A program made the position numbers and the translations under genes. A DNA stretch of 64,000 nt from an uncultured Clostridia bacterium (lineage in GTDB: Bacteria > Bacillota > Clostridia > TANB77 > CAG-508), in the NCBI GenBank assembly GCA_948896235.1, contig CAQUUC010000001.1, positions 332,688-396,687 on the forward strand, written 5' to 3'. Positions within the stretch are counted from its first letter, which is position 1. Each line of letters opens with the position of its first letter. The notes below the pieces were generated by a model. It saw only the letters and a list, made by a program, of their open reading frames with translations, ran no database searches and was not told the DNA's origin. Shown here in pieces: positions 19,825-30,897 of the stretch.

Positions 19825-20932
19825 CTATTTTATGAGTGATTTTAAATAACTCTCTATGAAACCATTTATCTCTCCATCCATTACAGCCCCGAACATTTCC
19901 TGTTTCATAATTTGTCCTATGGTCTTTAACCATAGTATATGGACAAAATACATATGAACGTATTTGACTTCCCCAAGCTATATCTTTCTGTTCACCTTTT
20001 AATTCATCTATTGTTTCCTTTTGTTCTTTTTCTTTTAAATCTAGCAATTTAGACTTAAGCATCTTCATTGCAGTTTCTTTATTTTGAATTTGAGACCTCT
20101 CTGTTTGGCAAGCAACTACTATATTAGTAGGAATATGAGTAATTCTAACTGCAGAATCTGTTTTATTAATATGTTGGCCACCTGCACCGTGAAGCACGAT
20201 ATGTATCAATTCGTAAATCATCTGGGTTTATATCTATTTCTATATCGTCTGTTATTTCTGGTAGAACTTCAACAGAAGCAAAAGATGTGTGTCTTCTTCC
20301 TCCTGCATCAAAAGGAGAAATTCTAACAAGTCTATGAACACCTATCTCACTTTTTAAATACCCATAGGCATTCTCCCCACTTACTAATGCCGTTACACTT
20401 TTAATACCTGCTTCTTCTCCTTCTAAATAATCCAATTCTTTTATACTATATCTATTAGTATTTGCCCATCTAGAATACATTCTATATAACATTTCTGCCC
20501 AATCTTGTGATTCTGTTCCACCTGCTCCTGGATGTAGGGTTATTATTGCATTATTTTTATCAAATTTACCGAGATAGCAAAGTTTCTATTTCAAATTTTT
20601 CTAAATCTGCCTCCAGAATTTTAGTGTTTTTTAGAAGTTCTTTAATTAGTTCATTATCTTCTTCTATTAAAAGTAACTCATTTAACTCAAGCAAATTCTT
20701 TGCTTCTTCATTTATTTTTTCAAACTTTGATTTTTTATCTTTCAAAGATTTCATTTCTTGTAAAACAATACCAGAAGTTTTACTATTATTCCAAAATCCT
20801 TCTTGCATGGTTTTTGCTTCTAATTCATCTATTCTCTTACTAATTTTATCAAGGTCAAAGAGACTCAAGTATACTTTCTATTCTTTTTAATAAATTATCA
20901 AGAACTTTTTTGTTCTCTTCTAATTCAATCAT
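19825..20932 (-). CDS. prfB: peptide chain release factor 2 with canonical programmed +1 frameshift (CTT TGA C at 20864..20870) plus three further +1 frame changes at in-frame CGG codons
   Basis: [25 protein letters not shown] then CTT-TGA-C; later pieces carry [52 protein letters not shown] only after skipping C at 20569..20571, 20187..20189, 19899..19901 (plus coordinates of ccg). Confidence 0.85.
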
Positions 20933-21057
20933 ACTCTTCCCCCTTTCTACTTACAGTATTTTATATCACATCCATTATAATGTCAAATAAAAAAGGATGC
21001 AATAGATTTAAAATAGCTTAATTTATCACATCTTCGTTGTGTTTGGCGACATGACGG

Positions 21058-21213
21058 TTATCCCTCTTCAGCATTGTCCATCTTAAACTTATCGAAAGCT
21101 TCATTTTCTTCACGCCTCGAGCATTCAGAAGACATTGACATTATAGAATAGAGAAGCACCAAAAATACTATAACAGCCACTCCTGCAATTATGCAAAAAT
21201 CTTTAAGTGTCAT
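21058..21213 (-). CDS. small membrane protein (51 aa), locally GC-rich
   Basis: RBS GGAGGAAAAACT before ATG; MTLKDFCIIAGVAVIVFLVLLYSIMS...; not in ORF track (under 60 aa). Confidence 0.3.
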   Translation of the reverse strand: MTLKDFCIIAGVAVIVFLVLLYSIMSMSSECSRREENEAFDKFKMDNAEEG

Positions 21214-21570
21214 AGTTTTTCCTCCATACACTGCTTTGCAAATTTACTGCTACCAAACAAGTATATCAGTTTATGTAAAGAAAGTCAATTTAAAAAACAA
21301 ATATTTTATACATTGAAAAATTTTAAGATTAAAATAAATTTGATTTAATTATATTTGGTTTAAATAATTCTGTGTATTATGAAATATATGTAAAATAAAA
21401 ACTTGACCGAGTATTATTTTCTACTTCATAGATAATGACATAATTGTAAATTAATAATCTATGCGCATGTACAAATTATATATAAATTCAAGTCTTTTTA
21501 AAATATTTTATATGGTCAGGCACAATTATTTTTTTAGAACATATAATCAATATATAGTTTTATAGCGGAG

Positions 21571-22278
21571 GTGCAGTTTATGTTAGCCCTTTCAATATCT
21601 GGTTTTTTAGCATTTTTAAAATCTGCAATATTTGTTGTAGGTTACATACAAAGCAGTAATCTTTTTCCTGAACCATTATCTAGTGAAGAAGAAAAAAATT
21701 GCTTAGAGAGATTAGCTAGCGGTGACGAGGAGGCTCGTAATATATTAATAGAAAGAAACTTAAGATTAGTTGCTCATGTTAGTAAAAAATATCAAGCTAC
21801 AAATGTAGACCAAGATGATTTAATTTCAATTGGTACAATCGGCTTAATAAAAGGAATTAATAGTTTTGATTCTTCAAAAAATATAAAACTTGCTACATAT
21901 GTTGCAAGATGTATTGAAAATGAAATACTAATGTTTCTACGTTCTAGTAAGAAAACAAAATCCGAAGTATACTTAAATGAGCCTATTGGAAAAGATAAAG
22001 ACGACAATGAAGTTACCTTAATGGAAGTGTTAGAAACAGAAGATAAGTCTATTGAAGATGAAATAGATTTAAAAATGAAAGTTAAAAAGCTATACGAAAA
22101 GATGAAAGCTGTTTTAAAAGATAGAGAAAAAACAATCTTAGAGCTCCGTTTTGGTTTAGGTGGAAAAAAGCCAAAAACGCAAAATGAAATTGCATCTATG
22201 CTTGGAATTTCCCGTTCATATGTATCAAGAATTGAAACAAAAGCAATTGGCAAATTAAATAAAGAATTTCAGGAATAA
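21571..22278 (+). CDS. sigK: RNA polymerase sporulation sigma factor sigma-K (pro-sigma-K), uninterrupted
   Basis: FPEPLSSEEEKNCLERLASGDEEARNILIERNLRLVAHVSKKY...GISRSYVSRIETKAIGKL matches SigK; N-terminal pro-sequence present. Confidence 0.85.
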   Translation: MQFMLALSISGFLAFLKSAIFVVGYIQSSNLFPEPLSSEEEKNCLERLASGDEEARNILIERNLRLVAHVSKKYQATNVDQDDLISIGTIGLIKGINSFDSSKNIKLATYVARCIENEILMFLRSSKKTKSEVYLNEPIGKDKDDNEVTLMEVLETEDKSIEDEIDLKMKVKKLYEKMKAVLKDREKTILELRFGLGGKKPKTQNEIASMLGISRSYVSRIETKAIGKLNKEFQE

Positions 22279-22282
22279 GAAA

Positions 22283-22312
22283 AAGGCAAGCAATGTGCTT
22301 GCCTTTTTCTTA
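22283..22312 (+). terminator. rho-independent terminator after sigK
   Basis: aaggcaagca / gcttgcctt stem then TTTTC. Confidence 0.6.
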
Positions 22313-22502
22313 TTCCTAGTCACGAAAACTTAAGTATAGACCTCCCAGTGATATAATTACAACTATCAGTGGATCTTTCATCCCAATAGCTACACCAACA
22401 CTCATTATTGTTGTACCAATAACCCCAAAACATTTCAAAATTAATTATTCTTTACTCATATTACTTATATCTGCGTCAGTGCTAATTATTGTAAAATAAA
22501 AA

Positions 22503-23735
22503 TTACTTATATTCAAATTTTTTATTAGTAATTTCTAATATTTTTAGCCCTTGTTTCACATAGTTATTTCTCATAAAATACTTCCATATAGTACCATTTA
22601 AGTAATTTTCTATCATAACCATACCTATACCTTTATCAATACCAATATATTCTTTTGAAAACCAAGGTTTATCCCCTTCTAAATTATATCCATCCTTAAA
22701 ACCATATTTTCCCCAAAATTTAGGAAAATTGTTATAATAATATTCTATTGCTTTAATACTCTCTTTAGGAGTAAATACTATTGAGCCCATTGCTCCACAA
22801 GGACTTACAGTTCCATCATTTTCTATTTTTAAATTTGCATCACAAGGCTTAGCACCAAATCCGCAATATCCTTTTGGGCCAATGCATGGTGTTAATCCCC
22901 ATGAGTTTTCACCATATGTCTTAAAACGTTTTTTGTTGTCTATACAATATTCTCTATTAGCTTTTGTAGCTTTAATAGAATTTTCAAACCAATCTATTCC
23001 TTCTTTATCTTGCAAATTCATAAAATTTATCCATGCATGTGAAAATTGATATGTAAATAAAGCACCACAATAGGTATATATTATATCTTTTATATTCTTA
23101 TAATTCGTTTTCTTACGCTCGAAATCATAATACATATTTTTATTAACTGGAAATGTTGGAGAACTTACTCCTAAAATATATAGCATTAATTGTTCTGCGT
23201 ATTTATCCCAATGTCCCCAAAAACCCTTTTCAGGAGTATAGCCCATATAAAAATAATTAGTATCTTTATTTCTATACCATTCCCAATTTATATTTTTATA
23301 TAAGCTTTCAGCTTTTTCTTTTACTTTTCCTCCAAAATATTCTCCCACAGTAATAGCACCACATATAAATATTGCTGTATCTATTATAGAAATCTCGCAA
23401 TTCCATTCTCTTTTTCCAGTAATTATATTTATAAAATGATAGTAAAATCCGTTTTTTCCTTCAACATTATTTATAAAAGTATCCAATGTTTTACTAGCTC
23501 GTTCTTCTGCTGTTTTGTAACTTATCCATTTATGTTCTATACCAATAATTAGAGCAGCAAGACCATATCCAACTGATGCTATACTTGCTACTTCTTTTGT
23601 TATATTTGTTTTATCTCTTATTAATCCATATCCATTAGTAGATTTATCAAGGTTTATTTCTTTCATAAAAAAATTATAACTTTTCTTTAACTCTTTTAAT
23701 ATAATTTTATTTCCATCACATTTTATAAATCTCAT
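22503..23735 (-). CDS. putative glycoside hydrolase, (alpha/alpha)6-barrel glucoamylase-like / DUF3131-like
   Basis: 410 aa; motifs SVGYGLAALIIG, aromatic-rich C-terminal half; family call tentative. Confidence 0.3.
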   Translation of the reverse strand: MRFIKCDGNKIILKELKKSYNFFMKEINLDKSTNGYGLIRDKTNITKEVASIASVGYGLAALIIGIEHKWISYKTAEERASKTLDTFINNVEGKNGFYYHFINIITGKREWNCEISIIDTAIFICGAITVGEYFGGKVKEKAESLYKNINWEWYRNKDTNYFYMGYTPEKGFWGHWDKYAEQLMLYILGVSSPTFPVNKNMYYDFERKKTNYKNIKDIIYTYCGALFTYQFSHAWINFMNLQDKEGIDWFENSIKATKANREYCIDNKKRFKTYGENSWGLTPCIGPKGYCGFGAKPCDANLKIENDGTVSPCGAMGSIVFTPKESIKAIEYYYNNFPKFWGKYGFKDGYNLEGDKPWFSKEYIGIDKGIGMVMIENYLNGTIWKYFMRNNYVKQGLKILEITNKKFEYK

Positions 23736-23801
23736 AATATCACCCTCATATATTTATTATAAAGGGTTATATTTTTATAATCAATGGATATTTATGTAAA
23801 T

Positions 23802-24714
23802 TTATTTCTGTATATTTTTTCTAAGCTTAGCAATAAAGAAGCCTTCGTATAATTCATTTGGAGCTACTAAAAGGGTTCCTTCTATTTTAGACTGAAGTGT
23901 TGGTAATTCCTCTATTCCATAAAACTCTATTGGAACAATTTCAGCTTTTGCTTCTTTAATAATTCTATTTATAACCTCCTCATTTTCATTATGTAAAATC
24001 GAACAAGTAGAATACACCATTTCCTTACCAGGTTTCAAAATCTTAAGAGCCTTTCTTAATAATGATACTTGACTAGAAACAGATTTTTCTATTAGCTTAG
24101 TTGTAAATGTTTTTTCAAGATTTATATCATTTATACTTAATGTTCCGCTTCCACTACAGGGTGCATCTAGTAAAATGCTATCAAATGAAAAAAAGTCATC
24201 AATACGTCTTGCATCTTTTTCCATTGTATATACACATGTGGCTCCCTGTTTTTCTATATTATATTTCAATCTTTCTAATCTAATATGATTCATTTCACAA
24301 GCAGTGATATGTGCTTCATTATTCGAAATAGCAGCTAATTGTGTCGTCTTTCCTCCGTGGTGCTGCACACATATCTAAAATATCCATATTAGGTTTTGGA
24401 CCTAATATCAATGGAGGAAGCATTGAAGATAAACTTTGTAAGTATATTTCACCTTTTTCATACATTTCAAGTGATTGTAAATCTTTTTCACTTGCATTAT
24501 CTATAATTAAAGCATTATCATAAAACTTTACAGTTTCATATTTTATACCTAATTTATTAAACTCATTTTTTATGGTATTTAAATCAGTTTTTAAATTATT
24601 AACTCTAAGTGTTACTTTTCTTTTAGTGTTAAATCCCTCTAAAATTTTACTCACTATTTTTTCATTATATTGTTTATTTAACATTTCTACTAAAAAATCG
24701 GGTATATTACTCAT
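23802..24714 (-). CDS. RsmB/NOP2-family SAM-dependent RNA methyltransferase (requires +1 at in-frame CGG, plus 24355..24357)
   Basis: LDMCAAP then frame break; next frame supplies GGKTTQLAA completing the DxCAAPGGKT motif; downstream LDAPCSGSG and TCS motifs. Confidence 0.75.
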
Positions 24715-24824
24715 ATTCTCCTCCATAAAATAATTTTAAATAATTTTATCATAAAATTCAAATATTGTAAAAAATTATACTAAATCTTATATATAAGCAT
24801 ACATATAGTTTTAGGTGAAACTTT

Positions 24825-25624
24825 ATGAATTTTATTTTATCGTGTATAAAAGGAATAGCTATTGGTGCTCGGTGCAATACTTCCAGGAATAAGTAGCGGA
24901 GTTTTGTGCGTTATTTTTGGAATATACGAAAAACTATTAGACAGTGTATTAAATTTCTTTAAAGATATAAAAAATAACACTAAATTCTTAATGCCGATAC
25001 TTATAGGAATTGGAATTGGAATAATTATATTTGGAAATTTGTTAAGATTTTTATTTAATAACTTTACTACTGGAACTCTATTTTGTTTTATAGGAATAAT
25101 TATTGGTGGAATTCCAGCATTAATAAAAACTGCTAATGAAAAAAGTAAATTCAAATTACGTTATACTATATATACAATAGCTACATTTGTATTTACTTTA
25201 TTATTAATTTATATTGAAAATAATATCACTCCTACTTTACACAATAGTATTAGTTTTTTATATTTGGTATTAGCAGGATTTATAATGAGTATAGGCGTCG
25301 TTGTACCTCGGTGTTAGTAGCACTGTTTTATTAATGATTATGGGGATTTATGATGTATATCTAGTATCTATATCAACTCTTGATTTTTATGTACTAGTTC
25401 CTATGGGAATTGGATTAATATTAGGTGGATATGTATTTTTAAATATTTCAAAATACTGTTTAACTAATTTTCACTCACAAACATACTATGCAATTTTAGG
25501 TTTTGTACTTGGCTCTATCTTTGTTTTATATCCTGGTTTTTCTTTCGATTTACAAGGCATTGTATGTATTAGCTTACTTATAATGGGTATTTTTATTTCT
25601 ATGAAATTAGAAAAAGGCCAGTAA
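24825..25624 (+). CDS. DUF368 family membrane protein (two +1 frame changes at in-frame CGG 24870..24872 and 25309..25311)
   Basis: skipping the C gives GAGAILPGISSG (DUF368 PGISRSG-type motif) and VVVPGVSSTVLLM; all TM helices continuous. Confidence 0.6.
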
Positions 25625-25740
25625 CTTTTGGTTACTAGCCCTCTTCATAGCAATGGCTATTTATTGTACAGACAATTCAGTACTAAAGCCCTTGCAGTTC
25701 TCAGGTGAAGGAAGCTAGAAAGTATTCAACACACACACTT

Positions 25741-26970
25741 CTACTTCTTTCTTCTTAAAATCCAGTTATTTTCTACTTTTATAGGTATTCTTAATTTTAC
25801 AGTTTGTCCTGCTCTTCCTGGATTTACTGTATCAATTTCTTGATCAGTTTCTGGATCAAACAATTTATCAATTGTAAATTTATAGTTTTCAATTTGTCCA
25901 GGAATAATTACTTCTAAAGTATCTCCTACTGTTAATTTGTTTTTTATTTCAACAATAGATTTATCTTCATTGTACTCTACTACTTTTCCACCAAATTCAT
26001 AATTTGGATTATATTGCTTACCTTCATACTCTTGAAAATCCTTATTATTTCTATCATTAAAGTAAAAGGTAGTTAAGCCTCTGGTTTTTACTTTTTCTAA
26101 TTCATTAAGATATTTTGTATAATCATAGTTATTTGGAGCTTTCATATAATCGTCAATTGCATTTCTATATGTATTTATAACTGTTGCTAAATAATATTCT
26201 GTTTTAAGTCTTCCCTCTATTTTTAAACTATCAACACCCATTTCTATTATTTCAGGTATTTCTTTAATTAAACATAAATCTTTAGAAGAAAATATATATG
26301 TACCTTTTTCATCATGTTCAACTGGCATTAAGTTGCCTGGATTATTAGTTTCTTCAACATATACATTATATGCCCATCTACAACTTTGTGCACAATCGCC
26401 TAAATTTGCACTTCTAGAAGCTAGAAAATCGCTTAAGAAACATCTTCCAGAATATCCAAAACAAATAGCACCATGAACAAACATCTCTGTTTCTAATCTC
26501 ATTGGTGTATTATCTATTATGTCCTTTATTTGTGATTTATTAAGCTCACGTGCAAGTATAACACGTTTTGCTCCATTCTTATGCCAAAAATTTGCTGTAT
26601 GATAACTTACAATATTACTTTGTGTACTTATATGTATATCTACATCAGGTGCTTCTTCTTTTATAACCTCTACAACTCCACCATCTGCTACTATAATTCC
26701 ATCTACTTTTAACTCATTTAAAATTCTAGCTTGTTTTTTAACTTCATCATACATATTATCCCAAGCATATATGTTAATTGTGACATATACTTTTTTCCCA
26801 AGTTCATGTGCATATTTAATTGTTTTTATTAAATCATCTTCTTCCATATCTGCTCTCGTTCTTAATGAAAGTGATGATGTACCTGCATACACTGCATCTG
26901 CTCCATATAAAAATGCTATTTTTGCTTTGTTAAAAGATCCTGCTGGCGCTAATAATTCTGGTTTCTTCAT
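25741..26970 (-). CDS. peptidase U32 family protein
   Basis: MKKPELLAPAGSFNKAKIAFLYGADAVY and Cys-rich central region typical of U32 (PrtC/RlhA-like). Confidence 0.75.
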   Translation of the reverse strand: MKKPELLAPAGSFNKAKIAFLYGADAVYAGTSSLSLRTRADMEEDDLIKTIKYAHELGKKVYVTINIYAWDNMYDEVKKQARILNELKVDGIIVADGGVVEVIKEEAPDVDIHISTQSNIVSYHTANFWHKNGAKRVILARELNKSQIKDIIDNTPMRLETEMFVHGAICFGYSGRCFLSDFLASRSANLGDCAQSCRWAYNVYVEETNNPGNLMPVEHDEKGTYIFSSKDLCLIKEIPEIIEMGVDSLKIEGRLKTEYYLATVINTYRNAIDDYMKAPNNYDYTKYLNELEKVKTRGLTTFYFNDRNNKDFQEYEGKQYNPNYEFGGKVVEYNEDKSIVEIKNKLTVGDTLEVIIPGQIENYKFTIDKLFDPETDQEIDTVNPGRAGQTVKLRIPIKVENNWILRRKK

Positions 26971-27046
26971 AAATTTCTACCTCTTTTTTTACATTTTACA
27001 GTATTATATCATTTTATATGAAAAAAGTGAAGTTGAAATTTATTTT

Positions 27047-27563
27047 TTAATAACTCTTCCGAGGTATTCCAACTACTGTACTATTATTTTCAACATCTTT
27101 TGTTACGACAGCATTAGCACCTATTTTTACATTATTGCCTATTTTTATAGGTCCTAATACTTTTGCACCACAGCCAACCATTACATTATTTGCTATATCT
27201 GGATGTCGCTTATATTTATCTTTTCCTGTTCCTCCTAATGTTACATTATGGTATATTGTACAATCATTACCTATAGTAGCTGTTTCTCCTATTACTATAC
27301 CCATTCCGTGATCTATAAATAATCTCCTACCAATAGTAGCTCCGTGGATGAATTTCTATTCCTGTAAAAAACCTTGCAATTTGTGAAATTAATCTTGCTA
27401 GGAAAAATAGTTTATATCTATATAAAAAATGTCCTATTCTATGGAAAACTAATATATGAAATCCTTGATATAATAATATTACATACCATATGTTCTTAGC
27501 AGCAGGATCTTTTTTCTCAATATTTTTTGCATCTTCGTATAATTCTTTTAATATTTTTTTCAT
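27047..27563 (-). CDS. cysE: serine O-acetyltransferase (requires +1 at in-frame CGG, plus 27342..27344)
   Basis: [19 protein letters not shown] then frame break; next frame gives [38 protein letters not shown] hexapeptide repeats. Confidence 0.8.
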
Positions 27564-28002
27564 TTCATCTTCCCTCCGAACTGCATAATTTTAAAATTTA
27601 TTAATCTTATACATATTATGAAAAACTATATAATTTGTGATTTCATATATTATTTTAAATATTTCATATATACTTTCATATACTCAATAATTCTGCATAT
27701 ATAATATTGTTGTATTACATTAATAAAGACTTTAAGCCTGTTGTGTAAGAAAGGATGTTTTTAAAATGGTAAATTTAAGATATTTCATTTCAGTTCTTAG
27801 TTCTGCAATTAAAGAAAGTACAAGCGATATAGTCAAGGCTTGTATGTTTTTAACCGAAACAGATATTAAATTTTTTAAAAGCAATAATTGTTTAATTTCT
27901 ATAACTTCTACTGATATTAAAGATAAATATACTGTAGAATTTGACAAAAAACACTTATTAGCTTTTTGCAACTGATAACTTCACACTAAACGACAGGCTT
28001 TT

Positions 28003-28040
28003 GGTCCCACCTATTTTTTAGGTGGGTTCTTTTATTTGTT
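28003..28040 (+). promoter_or_regulatory. stem-loop plus T-run immediately upstream of asnB; possible attenuator of an asnB leader
   Basis: cccacct / aggtggg stem followed by TTCTTTTATTTGTT about 60 nt before the asnB start; no T-box consensus seen. Confidence 0.3.
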
Positions 28041-28101
28041 ACCTTTTTTATAAATTTGCATATACTAAAGTATAAATTTAATAGTGGAGTTGATTTATTA
28101 T

Positions 28102-29950
28102 ATGTGTGGTTTAGTTCGGTTTTGTAAATTTAAAACATGATATATCTAATAAAAAGGATATTATTAATGATATGACTCAAGCTCTTTCAAAACGTGGTCC
28201 TGATGAAGAAAATCTTTATATTAATGAACATATAAATTTAGGACACCGTAGATTAATTATTTTAGACCCTGAAAATGGGCATCAACCTATGAGTGTAACC
28301 TATAATGAAAATACTTATACAATTGTATACAATGGTCAGTTATACAATGCAAATGATATTAGAAAAGAGCTTATAGAGGCAGGAATTACTTTTAAAGGTT
28401 ATTGTGATACAGAAGTAATATTAAAGGCCTTTATTTATTTTGGTAGTGATATTGTTAAGCGTTTTAATGGTATTTTTAGTTTCGCCATTTGGAATGAAGC
28501 TAAACAAGAATTATTTTTAGCAAGAGATCATTTTGGAATAAAACCTTTATATTATACTATTATAGAAGACAACTTAATTTTTGCTTCTGAAGTAAAAGCA
28601 TTAATTAAACATCCCCTAGTAGAATTAAAAATAGATAAACAAGGTATTGGCGAATTATTAGGCGTTGGCCCTGCCCATACACCTGGAACAAGTGTATTTA
28701 AGGATATTTTTGAAATAAAACCTGCTCATTTTGCTATATATAATAAATCTGGATTACACTTAGAAGAATATTGGAAATTAGAAAGCAAACCGCATACAGA
28801 TGATTTTGAAAGTACTTGTAAAAGTGTACATTACTTATTAGAAGATGCTATAAAAAGACAGCTTGTAGCTGATGTACCTCTTTGTGCTATGCTTTCTGGT
28901 GGTCTTGATTCTAGTATAATTACTGCTTATATTTCGAACTACTATAAAGAGAATAACTTGCCAAAACTTGATACTTATTCAGTAGATTATGTAGATAATG
29001 ATAAAAATTTTGTTAAAAGTGATTTTCAACCAAACTCAGATAATTACTATATAGATATAATGTTAAAACATTTTGATACAAACCATCATAGAATTGTAAT
29101 TGATACGCCAGAACTTGCTATAGCACTTGAAGATGCAATGCTTGCAAGAGATTTTCCAGGAATGGCTGATGTGGATTCTTCCATGTTACTATTTTGTAAA
29201 AATATAAAACAAGGTGCAACTGTTGCAGTATCAGGTGAATGTTCTGATGAGATTTTTGCAGGATATCCATGGTTTTTCCGTGAAGATGCACTAAAAAGTA
29301 ATACTTTTCCTTGGTCTATTGCTTTAGATGAAAGACAGAATTTATTAAATAAAGATATTGCCAAAGAAATAAATTTAAAGGAATATATTGATTACAGATA
29401 TAAAGAAAGTTTATCAAATGTAAAAATATTAGACTGTGATTCTAAAGAAACTGCAGAAAAAAGAAAAATATCATATCTTACTTTAAATTGGTTTATGCAG
29501 ACATTATTGGATAGATCAGACAGAATGAGTATGTATAATGGATTAGAACTAAGAGTTCCTTTCTGTGATTATAGATTAGTTGAATATATGTGGAATGTTC
29601 CTTGGGAAATAAAAGCATTAAATGGACGCGAAAAAGGATTGCTTCGTTATGTGGTTCATGATTTATTACCAGATGAGATTGTAAACAGAAAGAAAAGTCC
29701 TTATCCAAAGACTCATAACCCAACCTACTTAAAAGCAGTAAAACAAATGCTTACAGATATTATGCAAAACCCAAATGCACCTATTAATGACTTACTTGAT
29801 AAAAAGTATATTTTAGAGATTTTAGAAACAAACGGAAATGCTTTTACAAGACCATGGTTTGGGCAACTTATGACAGGTCCACAACTCATGGCATACCTTT
29901 GCCAAGTTAATATGTGGCTTGAAAGATACCAGCCTAAAATTGAATTATAA
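28102..29950 (+). CDS. asnB: asparagine synthase (glutamine-hydrolysing) (requires +1 at in-frame CGG 28117..28119)
   Basis: MCGLV then CGG; skipping C gives MCGLVGFVNLKHDISNKKDIINDMTQ joining the 592-aa frame with SGGLDSS PP-loop motif. Confidence 0.8.
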
Positions 29951-29957
29951 ATGGACT

Positions 29958-29982
29958 AAGCGGTCGCAATTTGCGACCGCTT
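29958..29982. terminator. perfect 11-bp hairpin (aagcggtcgcaa / ttgcgaccgctt), bidirectional terminator
   Basis: located 8 nt after asnB stop and after the convergent small ORF. Confidence 0.6.
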
Positions 29983-30003
29983 AATAAGCTAACACTTTGC
30001 TAC

Positions 30004-30201
30004 CTAATCCTTGGCATAATTTAGAATCTCTTCCCTCTTGGAATGTTTTCCTTCTATTCCCATTGCAGTTCTCTGAAAAGGATTTAAGCGACAAATGTAG
30101 CCAGATTCTAATACACTCTTTCCCTGTTTCCATACTCCCCAAAAACACTCGCTACATTTAGTATCTGTTTTGGGAATTAATACTTTAGAAATTAATGCCA
30201 T
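30004..30201 (-). CDS. small Cys-containing hypothetical protein (65 aa from MALISK; ORF open to 30234)
   Basis: RBS GAGGT 7 nt before ATG 30201; CSECFWGVW...YICRLNP; moderately GC-rich. Confidence 0.35.
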   Translation of the reverse strand: MALISKVLIPKTDTKCSECFWGVWKQGKSVLESGYICRLNPFQRTAMGIEGKHSKREEILNYAKD

Positions 30202-30524
30202 ATTATTTACCTCACTTTCTAAATTGAAACACATATTTAAGAGTTACTTACCACAATGTATACAGCGCTTTTATTAATGCATCTATAATACACTGACCTG
30301 TATTAGCATCAGAGGATTTTCTACTAAATTTATATTCATTATATTAACATAATTTTACTACTATTACAACTAAATTGATTCATTTTCTTGATAAATTATA
30401 TTTCTTGCGCTTTTATTTTCTACCAATACTATAAAATCCACTTTGTAAAAATGAACATAATGTGATATAATTGTAATATGATTATTTCATAATATAATAG
30501 GCACTCTTAGAAAGGAGCTTAATT

Positions 30525-30761
30525 ATGAGCAAAATAGTACTAGCATTAAACAACAGCAGGACTCCTATTGGAGTAGGTATGGATGCTGAAGTAGCGAAGG
30601 AAATTGTTGAATTTATCGACAATTTTAGAAAGAAGCACAGTAATCCTACCGAAAGCGCCATCGGCAAAGCTATACTTTATCAATTTACCGATGCTCCCAT
30701 GGTTACTAATTATGTGGCTTTTTATGAGTTGGTAACCGCGAAGCTTCAAGAATTAGAGTAA
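30525..30761 (+). CDS. small hypothetical protein (78 aa)
   Basis: RBS AAAGGAG before ATG; followed by ttacacaaaa / ttttgtgtaa hairpin. Confidence 0.35.
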   Translation: MSKIVLALNNSRTPIGVGMDAEVAKEIVEFIDNFRKKHSNPTESAIGKAILYQFTDAPMVTNYVAFYELVTAKLQELE

Positions 30762-30853
30762 CCTTTTACACAAAATGTTTTTGTGTAACGAAAATGCAGG
30801 CTTAACAGCTTGCATTTTTGGTTATTTATGCAGCATTAGTAACAAAACTTCTT

Positions 30854-30889
30854 CTCCCTTCATATTATATACAAAAAATATGAAGGGAG
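30854..30889 (+). promoter_or_regulatory. 12-bp perfect inverted repeat (ctcccttcatat ... atatgaagggag) spanning the peroxiredoxin RBS
   Basis: arms 30854..30865 and 30878..30889 with 12-nt spacer; 3' arm contains the SD GAAGGGAG. Confidence 0.35.
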
Positions 30890-30897
30890 TTTATTTT

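Noticed and set aside
21571-22278. skin-like intervening element in sigK
   Set aside because: sigK is a single uninterrupted 235-codon ORF with both halves contiguous.
27766-27975. 69-codon ORF between cysE and asnB as a real gene
   Set aside because: Low-complexity, AT-rich, no RBS. More likely non-coding leader sequence.
27760-28040. T-box riboswitch upstream of asnB
   Set aside because: There is a terminator hairpin, but no AGGGTGGNACCGCG T-box sequence and no convincing specifier-loop context. Kept only as a generic leader hairpin.
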